From an archaeon (lineage in GTDB: Archaea; Undinarchaeota; Undinarchaeia; Undinarchaeales; JBDRKL01): a stretch of DNA of 64,000 nt. Positions within the stretch are counted from its first letter, which is position 1, and every line of letters begins with the position of its first letter. This document shows positions 39,985 through 49,491 of this stretch, piece by piece. The notes beneath the pieces were generated by a model, which made no database searches, had not been told where the DNA came from, and saw nothing but the letters and a program-made list of their open reading frames with translations. The position numbers and the translations under genes were made by a program. The stretch is taken from contig JBDRKL010000010.1 of assembly GCA_043814055.1 (NCBI GenBank), positions 64,001 to 128,000 on the forward strand, in the 5' to 3' direction.

Positions 39985-40073
39985 TGGTGCGGGAGATGGG
40001 ATTTGAACCCACGGAGGTACTAAACCACAGGATCTTAAGTCCTGCCCCTTAGGCCAGGCTCGGGTACTCCCGC
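39985..40073 (-). tRNA. tRNA-Leu(TAA), CCA encoded
   Basis: GCGGGAG/CTCCCGC acceptor, CAGGA-CT TAA GA-TCCTG, long variable arm. Confidence 0.96.
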
Positions 40074-40133
40074 AATTTTATTGAAAATCAATAAGACTCG
40101 CTAGTTTTTAAAATGAATCCTGCCTTCACAGGA

Positions 40134-40727
40134 CTAGTGTAATAAGCCCACGGCGCTCAATGTGAACAGCACGCGAATGAACAGCATCGGAAGCGTTATC
40201 ACGAGCGCAGCCTTCCAAGAGACCTCATAGTTCTCCTGCATTGACCACAGGCAAAGCACCCATACCCAATAACCGGTTATGAACGCTGCGAATGGGAAAA
40301 TGTTGAAGAAGAAAGGTACCATTGAAAGCCCGACTAGCTTCAGGCTGCGGTGCATCACGTCAATATTTGAAATGTCCTTGCCGGACACGATTGAACCGAG
40401 AAAATGAAATATAGCAGTCCACATCACCCAGGCAAATACAAACCAAACCGGGAGCACTATAAAAGAGATGAACAGTTTAAGTGTGTAGCCAAGCGCGACA
40501 AAGATGTTTGAAGTTAGCGCAATATTCCAGATTGCCCCGCCGAAAGCTGTCATTATTGCTGCGCATATTACTACCAGGAACGGAACTATGCTGTCCTGCG
40601 GCACAAGACCCTCCCTGATTATGCGCTTTATCGTCGGCTTCGGGTTGATTATTATGCCGTGCACGTGATCAGAGAAATGCTTGCCAATCTGGAAGCTCTT
40701 CTGCTTGACATAAGTCCTTGCTTTCAT
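40134..40727 (-). CDS. Yip1-like membrane protein
   Basis: 'IIINPKPTI' start of domain and about 5 TM helices. Confidence 0.55.
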   Translation of the reverse strand: MKARTYVKQKSFQIGKHFSDHVHGIIINPKPTIKRIIREGLVPQDSIVPFLVVICAAIMTAFGGAIWNIALTSNIFVALGYTLKLFISFIVLPVWFVFAWVMWTAIFHFLGSIVSGKDISNIDVMHRSLKLVGLSMVPFFFNIFPFAAFITGYWVWVLCLWSMQENYEVSWKAALVITLPMLFIRVLFTLSAVGLLH

Positions 40728-40829
40728 AAGACCTTATTAATGAAAAGATGAGTTTTTATACGTTACTACTGGTGAGTTGCAGAGAGTTGGGAAGGTATAT
40801 TAAGTTTTGAAATGAATAGTACAAAAGTT

Positions 40830-40961
40830 GGGGTCGTGGTCTAGTTTGGTATGATACTACCTCGGGGTTGCGTGGGTCGTGAGCATAAGTTGAAATATAC
40901 TTCCGAGCGACACGCGACAAATAGGTAGTGGTCGCAAGTTCAAATCTTGCCGATCCCACCA
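40830..40961 (+). tRNA. tRNA-Pro with ~55-nt anticodon-loop intron (40868-40922); anticodon GGG or CGG
   Basis: GGGGTCG/CGATCCC acceptor, Pro-type D arm, CTACC/GGTAG stem, T arm, CCA; directly upstream of proS. Confidence 0.75.
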
Positions 40962-40995
40962 AATTTATTTAAATCAAGCAAACATACTCAAAACT

Positions 40996-42435
40996 ATGCC
41001 AAAAGAAGAAATAATCGGAATGACAGTGAAGAAAGACGAAAACTTCAGCGAATGGTATACTGAAGTTGTGCAGAAGGCCGAGCTTGCGGACTATGCTCCA
41101 ATCGCAGGCTGTATTATATTCAGACCTTACTCCTACGAGATTTGGGAATATGTCCAGGACTACATTAACAAGGACATCAAGGCAAGAGGCCACAAAAATG
41201 CTTACTTCCCGCTCTTTATCCCAGAGTCATTCTTCAAGAAAGAGGCAGAGCACGCCGAGGGCTTCGCGCCTGAGGTAGCGTGGATTGCGCAGTCTGAGGA
41301 CGAGAAGGGACAGGAGCGCTACGCGTTGCGCCCGACTTCTGAAGCGATTATGATGGACTCCTACTCAAAATGGGTGCGGTCGCACAGAGACCTTCCAATT
41401 CTAATTAACCAGTGGTGCAACGTGGTACGCTGGGAGACCGCAGTGACCAAGCCGTTCCTCCGCACCCGCGAGTTCTTGTGGCAAGAAGGGCATACTGCCC
41501 ACAAGGACAAACAAGAAGCCGAACAAGAACTTAAGGACTCGCACGAGATGTACCGCAAGCTCGTTGAGGAAGAAATGGCAATTCCAGTGCTCAACGGCGT
41601 CAAGTCAAAAGGAGAAACTTTTGCAGGGGCTCAATACACGCGTGCTCTTGAAGCGCTAATGCCCGACGGCCGTGCGGTGCAGATGTGCACCTCGCACTAC
41701 TTTGGAAACAATTTCGCAAAGGCGTTTGACATCAAATTCCTGAACGAGAAAGAGCAGAGCGAGTTCGCGCACACCACCTCTTGGGGTATGAGCACGCGGG
41801 TGATTGGCGCGATAATCATGGTTCACGGTGATGACAAAGGCTTGATACTGCCACCACGCATGGCACCGATTCAGGCAGTCATAGTGCCGATTGTATTTGA
41901 TAAGGAAAAGGAGAAGATTCTTAAAAAGGCATCGGAGCTTAAGGAGAGTCTTAAAAACATAAGGGTTCAGCTCGATGACCGCGACACGTACAAACCGGGC
42001 TGGAAGTTCCACCACTGGGAGCTCAAGGGCGTTCCAGTCCGAATTGAAATTGGACCAAAGGACCTTGAGAAGAAGCAGGTTGTACTTGTACGCAGAGACA
42101 CAGGAGAGAAAATATTTGTCAAAGAAACCGAGCTCAACAAGAAACTGCCTGAGCTTTTAGAAACTATCCAGAAGGACTTGTACAAGAAGGCTGCGAAGTT
42201 TATGAAAGAAAGCATTCGCGACGCAAAGGACTTCAAGGAGTTTTCAAAGATAATAGAGAAGCAGCGCGGCTTTGTCAAGATGAACTGGTGCGGCGAGCTC
42301 AAGTGCGAGCAGGAAATCAAGGACAAGACCACTGCTACAGTCAGAATAATTGCTGAGAAAGAAAAGGCAGCGGGCAAGTGCCCGCACTGCGGGAAAGAAG
42401 CAAAGCACGTTGCGTATTTTGCTAAGAGTTATTAA
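40996..42435 (+). CDS. proS: Proline--tRNA ligase (archaeal/eukaryotic type)
   Basis: 'LRPTSE', 'FLRTREFLWQEGHT', C-terminal Zn domain ending AKSY. Confidence 0.97.
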   Translation: MPKEEIIGMTVKKDENFSEWYTEVVQKAELADYAPIAGCIIFRPYSYEIWEYVQDYINKDIKARGHKNAYFPLFIPESFFKKEAEHAEGFAPEVAWIAQSEDEKGQERYALRPTSEAIMMDSYSKWVRSHRDLPILINQWCNVVRWETAVTKPFLRTREFLWQEGHTAHKDKQEAEQELKDSHEMYRKLVEEEMAIPVLNGVKSKGETFAGAQYTRALEALMPDGRAVQMCTSHYFGNNFAKAFDIKFLNEKEQSEFAHTTSWGMSTRVIGAIIMVHGDDKGLILPPRMAPIQAVIVPIVFDKEKEKILKKASELKESLKNIRVQLDDRDTYKPGWKFHHWELKGVPVRIEIGPKDLEKKQVVLVRRDTGEKIFVKETELNKKLPELLETIQKDLYKKAAKFMKESIRDAKDFKEFSKIIEKQRGFVKMNWCGELKCEQEIKDKTTATVRIIAEKEKAAGKCPHCGKEAKHVAYFAKSY

Positions 42436-42457
42436 GCAGTTTGTTTATTATTGAGTT

Positions 42458-43017
42458 ATGGTTGAGATAAAAGTATACAAACATTGCACCCCTCGCGACT
42501 TTTGGGTATATGAACGGGCAAAAAATATGAGGCAAACATTCAACACGACCCAAATATAGAACACGAGCATTCAGGAACCATACGCCTAGCCTGGTTTAAG
42601 GACTCAACACACAACAAAAAATACCCAGTTCTTTTTTCACTATTGAATTTCAAATCAACTTCTGCATATGTCTGGGGCGTTGGCATTGAAAAAATGCAGA
42701 GATGGTGCACAGTTCCAGAATTTTTCTGCTATTACTATTACATAAACAAGGACGGCGTTTTCAAGGACTTCAAAAACCCACCTAAAGAAGAGGCAGATAA
42801 AGCAGAACAAGAAGCCAAATTATTTTTTGAAACCCTTGCGAATTGGATAGCAAAAAGGCACAAAGAGGTTAAAGCAGTTTATTACGAGTCTGAACTAAAG
42901 TTCTGGCGCGCGAATGATCGCATACCCCTCAAAATATCTGAACCTGATGAAGGTTATACCCAAAACTGGGGATACGAATTAAGAAAAATTCACCTCCCTA
43001 AGCGCTGGAAGCATTAA
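42458..43017 (+). pseudogene. Hypothetical gene probably split by a frameshift at the A6 run 42520-42525
   Basis: The ATG 42458 frame stops early; another frame is open 42514-43017; one extra A joins them. Confidence 0.4.
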
Positions 43018-43056
43018 TCAGAACATATTTAACCCTTAATTTGGTATGGCTACGCT

Positions 43057-43854
43057 ATGGTTTTGAAAATCAATTCAAAGAGTTTTATGGAATTCCGCGA
43101 AAAGGTTGCAAGAAAGGAGGACCAGCTCTTTGGCAATCCAAAATACTTCCTGATTTTCTGCATAACCACAATCACACTTATTCTCGTCCAGTACTCACTC
43201 ACCCTTAATGCGCTTGTGCCAGCAGTTACGCTTGGAATGCTATGGCTCATATTTTGGGGTCGCTCAACCGCCACAGGCAAGTCATACCTTGTCATCGCAA
43301 CAGCAATCGGCTACTTGCACGAGATTATAGGAGTCCATTACAGCTGGTTCAGCTACGCGACAGGCGACTTTGGGCTTGGGGTACCGCTCTGGGTTGCGCT
43401 TGGCTATGGCTGTATTTACTGGTCAATAGAAAATTTCTGGACGCACGCCGAGGACAAACATTATTTCCCAGAGAAAAACTTCAGGCTTGTTTGGGCGCTA
43501 TCTCTGCTTTCACTGCCATTGCTGGATTATTTCGTGTTTGAAATGTCAGCAAAAATACTCCCTTATCTTGTTTTCATCTTCCTGCTTTTCCTGCTGTTTA
43601 ACCGGGCAAAGGAACAGCACTTGGCAATAACTGTCGCGTTCTTCTGCGGCCTGCAGGAAGTGCTCGGCACCTTGCTCGGCGCGTGGAGCCACCCAACACT
43701 CTCGCTCGTTACAATAATACCGACTTACACGTTCTTTGTCTGGGTAATACTGTTTGCAGTGCACTTGCTTCTAAAAGATATAACAATAACAAGAAGAGAA
43801 CTAGCAATTGCAGTGGCAATTATTCTGCTCTGGGTCTGGACCTGGTTTTTCTAG
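43057..43854 (+). CDS. Hypothetical multi-pass membrane protein with internal duplication
   Basis: Two 'E.+G....W.Y/H' units; hydrophobic. Confidence 0.65.
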   Translation: MVLKINSKSFMEFREKVARKEDQLFGNPKYFLIFCITTITLILVQYSLTLNALVPAVTLGMLWLIFWGRSTATGKSYLVIATAIGYLHEIIGVHYSWFSYATGDFGLGVPLWVALGYGCIYWSIENFWTHAEDKHYFPEKNFRLVWALSLLSLPLLDYFVFEMSAKILPYLVFIFLLFLLFNRAKEQHLAITVAFFCGLQEVLGTLLGAWSHPTLSLVTIIPTYTFFVWVILFAVHLLLKDITITRRELAIAVAIILLWVWTWFF

Positions 43855-43857
43855 TAA

Positions 43858-44052
43858 CTAAACCCTAAACTCAGCAACTTCGTCAAGCAAATCAACCTGC
43901 GAAAGAATCATTCTCCTGCAGCAGTATCTTTCAACTTCAACTGCGTCCATGGCTTCCTTCGGTGTCTTGCCCTGCTCAAGCAAAAGCTTGAACTGCTCAT
44001 ACTCGCTGCCGAGTGTTTTCCCGCATGTAAAACATCTAACTGGTATTATCAT
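43858..44052 (-). CDS. rpo10: RNA polymerase subunit N (Rpo10)
   Basis: 'MIIPVRCFTCGK...RYCCRRM'. Confidence 0.98.
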   Translation of the reverse strand: MIIPVRCFTCGKTLGSEYEQFKLLLEQGKTPKEAMDAVEVERYCCRRMILSQVDLLDEVAEFRV

Positions 44053-44058
44053 AGTATA

Positions 44059-44466
44059 TCACCTATAGCTCTTCTGTCTCCTTGATCTTGGAGAACTGTC
44101 CCCTGGCTTGTATGGCTCTCTCTGCCTTGAGTCACCTGCAAGTATCTTGTCGTCGTACTCTATAAGCATTTTCTTGACGTCTTCTTTTCCAGTGAATTTG
44201 ACTATTGCCTTTGAAATCGCTGTTCGTGACGCTGCAGCCTGACCAAGCGCCCCGCCGCCGGTTACGTTCACGCTAATATCAAGGTCTTTTGAAACATTAC
44301 TTATGACTGAAAGCGGCTCTTGTATAAGGGTCCGCTCAAGCATTGTGCCCCACTTTGAAAGCTCTACTGAATTAATGCGGACACAGCCCGTGCCCTTTGT
44401 AACTGTTGCGCGCGCTTTTGCACTCTTCTTCTTGCCTATTGCAACACTTGATTTTGTTACTGCCAT
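44059..44466 (-). CDS. rps9: 30S ribosomal protein S9
   Basis: 'GGG..GQA' and 'QKSYR' terminus. Confidence 0.97.
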   Translation of the reverse strand: MAVTKSSVAIGKKKSAKARATVTKGTGCVRINSVELSKWGTMLERTLIQEPLSVISNVSKDLDISVNVTGGGALGQAAASRTAISKAIVKFTGKEDVKKMLIEYDDKILAGDSRQREPYKPGDSSPRSRRQKSYR

Positions 44467-44966
44467 TATTCTTTAGCCCTCTCAGCTTTCCCCTCTTTCA
44501 CCCTGCTCTTTTTGGCCACTGCCGGAGCAACAGAAAGGGTTTGCATTGGCTTGCCGCCAACACGGTGCGATAGCTTTTCAAGAGTTATATACTTCCGCTT
44601 CTCAACTCCAATGATTTTTGCACCCTCAACTGTCTCAAACTTGGCATTCTCAAATTCAAGAGGAACACCGAGGTAAGTTGTGATGCGCTTGAATGCGTTG
44701 GCGCCGGATGTCTTTTTGTAGGGGAGCATTCCGCGGATTGTGCGCTTTAGAATACGGTCGGCTTTCTTAGGCGCGAATGGACCCTGGTACCTTGAACCAA
44801 TGTCCTGTTTCTCAAGGTAGTCTCGCTTGGTTGTGGCCTGATTGCCAGTTATTACTGCTTTTTCAGAATTAACTATGACTATTGTGTCGCCGTTTAGCGC
44901 TGACTTTGCCACGCTGCTTGCCAGCCGACCAGCCTTCAGGTTTGTTGCGTCAATTAAGCGCCTCAT
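44466..44966 (-). CDS. rpl13: 50S ribosomal protein L13
   Basis: 'GRLAS.VAK', 'RTIRGMLP'. Confidence 0.97.
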   Translation of the reverse strand: MRRLIDATNLKAGRLASSVAKSALNGDTIVIVNSEKAVITGNQATTKRDYLEKQDIGSRYQGPFAPKKADRILKRTIRGMLPYKKTSGANAFKRITTYLGVPLEFENAKFETVEGAKIIGVEKRKYITLEKLSHRVGGKPMQTLSVAPAVAKKSRVKEGKAERAKE

Positions 44967-45316
44967 TTGATTATCCTCAGCTCTTTTGGCTTTACCTTGA
45001 GAGCAGCTGTAATTGGCATTACCTTGCCGCCTGCCTTGGTTACTTTCGCAGATGCAGAATCGGATACCTTGTATGAATATACTGTGAGAGCGTGCTCAAT
45101 GTTGCCCGCACCAAGCAGCTTGCCTGGTATCACGACGGACTCACCCTTCTTGGTTACGCGGTTTAGATTGCTCAAATTAATCTCCGCCCAGTTCTGCCTT
45201 GGCTTCTCCAAGCGCTTGGCTAGGTCGCGCCATATCGGGGCGCTGGATTCCTCTGAAGCCTTGTATAAGGAAGCTATCAGGGAAAGAACTTCAGTATTGC
45301 TCTTTCTAAGTTTCAT
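44963..45316 (-). CDS. rpl18e: 50S ribosomal protein L18e
   Basis: 'IWRDLAKRL', 'VVIPGKLLG'; conserved operon position. Confidence 0.95.
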   Translation of the reverse strand: MKLRKSNTEVLSLIASLYKASEESSAPIWRDLAKRLEKPRQNWAEINLSNLNRVTKKGESVVIPGKLLGAGNIEHALTVYSYKVSDSASAKVTKAGGKVMPITAALKVKPKELRIIK

Positions 45317-45365
45317 AATGCGAAGCTAGTATATGGGTTAGGGGGTTTTTAAAGGTTTTGCAGCT

Positions 45366-46021
45366 CTACCTTTTAGCCTTGTTCAAGACATCCCCCAGCT
45401 CCTTTTTGGAGCTGGACTTGTATATCCTCTTTGGCTCGTTGTACGCGTCCTTGAAGAATTCAGAGCCAACAATCATTATTGCGAGAAGCGTTGCTATGAA
45501 ACCAACTGCCCACCAACCGTTTGCGTTCCCCCTCATCGGCATTGTTTCACGCGCCATAACTTCAATTGCTGGCTTTTCAGGCAGGTTCTTGACTACAACA
45601 TCAACGGTCCCCTGCGTGTAAAATCCCTCGCTTGATTTCAGGTAGTATGTGCCTAGGTATGTTTTTACTTCAGCACCCTCTGGGACATTAAAGGTTATAG
45701 TAAAATAATTCTCACTCCTTGGAGCTATTGACGCAATGAGCTCAGGTTTAATTGTGAAATATTCTTCAGGTAGGTCCTGAAGTTCAAGCTGCACGTGGGT
45801 GATGCCGCACATAACATTGCTGATGACCACAACCGCCTCCCCTGAGCCGCCTGGGTAAATGTTTATCGCAGACGGCGCGTCAAAATCAAAAGAAGACGTG
45901 CACGGGAACGGGTATGAGATAAAGCCCGTAACCGAGCCACTTGAGACTACCATGCTGCTAATTAGTACAATGAGGACTAAAATCCCCAAAACGTAATTTT
46001 TATTTGCAATGTTCATGCCAT
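45366..46021 (-). CDS. Membrane-anchored Ig-like hypothetical protein (start uncertain)
   Basis: N-terminal signal/TM, beta-rich domain, C-terminal TM. Confidence 0.55.
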
Positions 46022-46102
46022 AGGTAGTAGACGAAGTAGGTTTTAAAGGTTTTGATACAGACAAAGAGATATCTTTTTATATGGGTAGTCCAAATAGTGC
46101 AT

Positions 46103-47035
46103 ATGGATTTCATCAAAAAAGTTTTTGGCAGACCAGAACCTACTTACGAACATTCTTACCACGACGACGGAGACGACGAACTAGAGATTCTCGTAAAACA
46201 GCAAATTCCAGACAAGGGTCCGGAGCTTGACCTGGACAAGATGTTCCTGAATTTCCTCGCGCAGGAATTCGGATATACTGGAGACATCCCTGCACTCCAG
46301 CCTGCAGTCCAGCCAATGGCGCCGCCACTTTTCATACTCAGATCAAAAGAGAGCCAGCTCAGTGTGTGGTACAGACTTCCACTTAAGGGCGAGAGCGGCA
46401 CGCTCCACATCCCGGACTTCGTTGTTTTCAGGGGCAATTACAGGACTGCGCCGAGAGACAAGAACCCTGACATAATCGTTGAGTGCAGAAACCTTATAGA
46501 TGACTTATCAAACAGGACTGACCTACGAGTTGTGCAGGATGTTATTGGGAGGTCGCTTGAAGTACTTCCAGGCACTTGCGTTCTTTTAACAAACCGCGAG
46601 CTTTCAGGCTATGCGAGGGGGCTTGCAGAGAAGTACGGCATCGGGCTTGTTGAGCTTGACAACACCGCAGACCCTGGGTACAGGCTGTTTAAGACGCTTG
46701 TTTCAGACGAGCAACTGACGCGGGATAAGTTCACGAGCATCGTCAACAAGAGCCTGAACAAAATGCTCCTGCTACAGAAGAAGACAAAGAGAACGCTTGG
46801 CGCGCACGAGGCAATGCAAAAAGGAACCGTTCACGACCGCGTTTACAAGGTTATCCAAACGCACCCAGGCTCAACAGTTGCTGAGATATCAAGTGTAATC
46901 GGAATACACGACAATTTCATAGTCAATGCGCTGTACCTGCTTGAAAAGGAAAAGAAAGCAAAGATAACCAAGCATAGCAACCAGCCTAACTCGCATAGGT
47001 ATCATGAGTGGAGCGCGGTAAAACCGACTGGTTAA
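46103..47035 (+). CDS. PD-(D/E)xK-like nuclease-fold protein with C-terminal winged HTH
   Basis: 'PDFVV...IIVECR', 'LAEKYGIGLV', C-terminal HTH 'HPGSTVAEISS'. Confidence 0.55.
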   Translation: MDFIKKVFGRPEPTYEHSYHDDGDDELEILVKQQIPDKGPELDLDKMFLNFLAQEFGYTGDIPALQPAVQPMAPPLFILRSKESQLSVWYRLPLKGESGTLHIPDFVVFRGNYRTAPRDKNPDIIVECRNLIDDLSNRTDLRVVQDVIGRSLEVLPGTCVLLTNRELSGYARGLAEKYGIGLVELDNTADPGYRLFKTLVSDEQLTRDKFTSIVNKSLNKMLLLQKKTKRTLGAHEAMQKGTVHDRVYKVIQTHPGSTVAEISSVIGIHDNFIVNALYLLEKEKKAKITKHSNQPNSHRYHEWSAVKPTG

Positions 47036-47265
47036 ACCGACTCAACTAATTTTACTCCAGGCACTTTCTCTTTCAGCATAGCTTCCACAAAAGTCTTCAG
47101 CGTTATTTGAGCCATTGGACAGGTCGCACAGGCGCCCTGCAGCTTCACTTTCACAACACCGATTTCTTCATCAACATTAATCAGCTCTATGCTGCCGCCG
47201 TCCTGCTCAAGCCCGGGCTTTATTTCCTCGTCAATTACTTTTTGGATTTGTTCTTTAAGGGCCAT
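47032..47265 (-). CDS. NifU/Nfu-like Fe-S carrier
   Basis: 'DGGSIEL', 'GACATCP'. Confidence 0.92.
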   Translation of the reverse strand: MALKEQIQKVIDEEIKPGLEQDGGSIELINVDEEIGVVKVKLQGACATCPMAQITLKTFVEAMLKEKVPGVKLVESV

Positions 47266-47272
47266 AACATAC

Positions 47273-47968
47273 CTAGTGATTTCTGCTTATTAACTCTTGC
47301 CGAAGTTTCTCAAGAAGCCTTAGTTTTACAGGCGCTTCCCTTAGATTTTGTTCAGCTCCGACACAATCCTCTATTAAATCAGCCCAAAATTTAGGGTCAG
47401 TTTCCGTTTCCCGCGCAAGTGCGCCCACTACTTTGTGCTTCCAAGCCATCCCGCCTTTTTCAACTATGGACTTTACAAGAGTATACACAGCGTTATATTT
47501 ACCTAACCCTTCTTCTGTATCAAGAGTTGAAATTGCAGCAAGAATTGCCTGAGGTATTTTATCAAATTCAACAACTTCAAAATCATGGTGGATTTGTTTG
47601 AGCAAGGCGCCGTACTTGCTGTCAGATGTAAAAACAGTTTTAATTATTGCAACAAGCATGCCATTAACCAGCCGCTGAGGATACCGCAGGTTATTATTTT
47701 TGCAATACGCCATAACAGTTCGGAGAGTGGAAATAACCTCAGTGTAAAGCGCTTCTCCTTTCTTTTCCTTTTCTTTCTGGCTTAGCTGGAAATAGCAGTT
47801 TGCAAGCCCGAGCAAGTATTTCATAGTGTTTTGAGAAACTTCAGAATCCTGTTTGAAAAGCTCACCATATAATCTGATAGCATCCTTCCACCGCTTTCTC
47901 TGTTCAAGATGCCATATCGTGGTCACTAATTGATTTTCATTCTGGTCTTTAGAGGAAACCATACACAC
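47273..47968 (-). CDS. Helical (TPR-like) hypothetical protein
   Basis: 231-aa ORF with 'LLGLANCY' TPR-like segment. Confidence 0.55.
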   Translation of the reverse strand: MCMVSSKDQNENQLVTTIWHLEQRKRWKDAIRLYGELFKQDSEVSQNTMKYLLGLANCYFQLSQKEKEKKGEALYTEVISTLRTVMAYCKNNNLRYPQRLVNGMLVAIIKTVFTSDSKYGALLKQIHHDFEVVEFDKIPQAILAAISTLDTEEGLGKYNAVYTLVKSIVEKGGMAWKHKVVGALARETETDPKFWADLIEDCVGAEQNLREAPVKLRLLEKLRQELISRNH

Positions 47969-48155
47969 AATTTGTTTTAAATCATATATAATCTCTCGCC
48001 CAAGAAACTATTTAAACTTAACAATCGTTAAATTTGGGTATGAAATCACTTCACTACGCTTTCGCTTCGTTCAGTCACAATGAAACTTCAGAGAATATAA
48101 ACAATAAAATTGCTGAAGCTTCATTGTGTTCAAAGCTGGTGAAGGAGGTGAAACT

Positions 48156-48521
48156 TTGAAATTCCCGTGTGAAATCATAGTTTGGAAAGTCCTCCCAGCG
48201 ATACGCGCTGAGATGGCGCGCAACCTTGCGAAAGAGGGGATGAACCAGAAGGAAATCGCAAAGGTAATGGGCATTACAGAAGCCGCGGTGTCGCAATATG
48301 CCAACAAGAAGCGAGCTGCAGAATTCAAGATTGGCAAGAGTTTTGGCCAGCGTTTCAAGGGCGCGGCAAAGCAATTAAAGGAAACTGGCAGCCCGATACG
48401 GACTGTGGAAGTGTGCTGTGAGATATGCCGCGAGATACGCGAGCAGGGCTGTATGTGCAGTCTGCACAAGGAGAGCTCGGACCAGCCAAAAGACTGCGCG
48501 CTTTGCAAAGGAAAGTGCTAG
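48156..48521 (+). CDS. Archaeal HTH transcriptional regulator with Cys-rich C-terminus
   Basis: 'PCE....VLPAIR...QKEIAKVMGITEAAVSQY'; GGAGGTGA RBS before TTG 48156. Confidence 0.85.
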   Translation: MKFPCEIIVWKVLPAIRAEMARNLAKEGMNQKEIAKVMGITEAAVSQYANKKRAAEFKIGKSFGQRFKGAAKQLKETGSPIRTVEVCCEICREIREQGCMCSLHKESSDQPKDCALCKGKC

Positions 48522-49213
48522 CGGTGCTTCACATTATCAATATGCTTTTTCGCAGCTGCAACAAACTTGCTCATTTCTTCGTCGCTCTGCGACTTTAGCG
48601 CATCATATTTTGAATTCAGGCACCGGCCGGGAACGAACTTTTGAAGCACGTATTTCTTCACACCCTTTATGCCTTTTGCAATCGCTTCAATATCCTTCTC
48701 AGTGTGCAGGCCGGGTACGACAGTGGTGCGGAGCTCGTAGTCAATGCCGGAGTCTTTCAGGATTTGAATGCTTTCCTTGATTTTTTCAAGGTCAACCTTG
48801 GCGCCGGACGCCCTGTCATACTTAGCCTGCTCAAGCTGGGCATTAATGTCCATTGCAAAGTAGTCCACTGCTTTTGCCTTAATAAGCTGTTTGATAACTT
48901 CAGGATTGCTCCCGTTCGTGTCAACTTTCACCAGCAAATCCATTGCCCTGATTTTCCTGCAGAAATCAGACAAGCCAGGCTGCAGCGTGGGCTCACCGCC
49001 TGTGATGCAGACTGCGTCAAGGAATTTCTTCTGCCTGCCAGCAAAGTTCAGGATTTTTTCTTCAGGGATTAACTGCTGTGTATCAGCCTCAAGAACAAGC
49101 GGCCTGTTGTGACAGAAAGGGCAGCGGAAGTTGCAGCCAGGAGTGAACACTACTGCTGAGATCTTGCCATCCCAGTCCAGAGTGCTTGAATCTACAAAAC
49201 CTGCAATGTTCAT
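48518..49213 (-). CDS. nrdG: Anaerobic RNR activating enzyme (radical SAM)
   Basis: CNFRCPFCHN, 'TGGEPT', 'DTNGS'. Confidence 0.93.
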   Translation of the reverse strand: MNIAGFVDSSTLDWDGKISAVVFTPGCNFRCPFCHNRPLVLEADTQQLIPEEKILNFAGRQKKFLDAVCITGGEPTLQPGLSDFCRKIRAMDLLVKVDTNGSNPEVIKQLIKAKAVDYFAMDINAQLEQAKYDRASGAKVDLEKIKESIQILKDSGIDYELRTTVVPGLHTEKDIEAIAKGIKGVKKYVLQKFVPGRCLNSKYDALKSQSDEEMSKFVAAAKKHIDNVKHR

Positions 49214-49222
49214 TATTAAAAT

Positions 49223-49486
49223 TTATTTGAGCTTTTCCAGAAGCTGTTCCTTGGTCGGGATTTCCTCGCTTCCGCGGAACACTGGCTCGTTGTTAATTAA
49301 GATTGAAGGCGTAGATGCAATTTGATGCATCAGCGCTTCAACTAGGTTGTCGCCATCCTCAATGTTCTTGGACTCGTAATCCACCCCTTCTTTCCAGTTC
49401 AACTCTTTTGCAACCTCAGCCACAACAGCTTTTGCTTTTGGGCAGTTCGGGCAGTTGCTTGCTGTGTAAAGTACTAATTTCGCCAT
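49223..49486 (-). CDS. Thioredoxin/glutaredoxin-like protein (NrdH-like)
   Basis: CPNC motif and cis-Pro 'STP'; lies between nrdD and nrdG. Confidence 0.88.
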   Translation of the reverse strand: MAKLVLYTASNCPNCPKAKAVVAEVAKELNWKEGVDYESKNIEDGDNLVEALMHQIASTPSILINNEPVFRGSEEIPTKEQLLEKLK

Positions 49487-49491
49487 TCATA

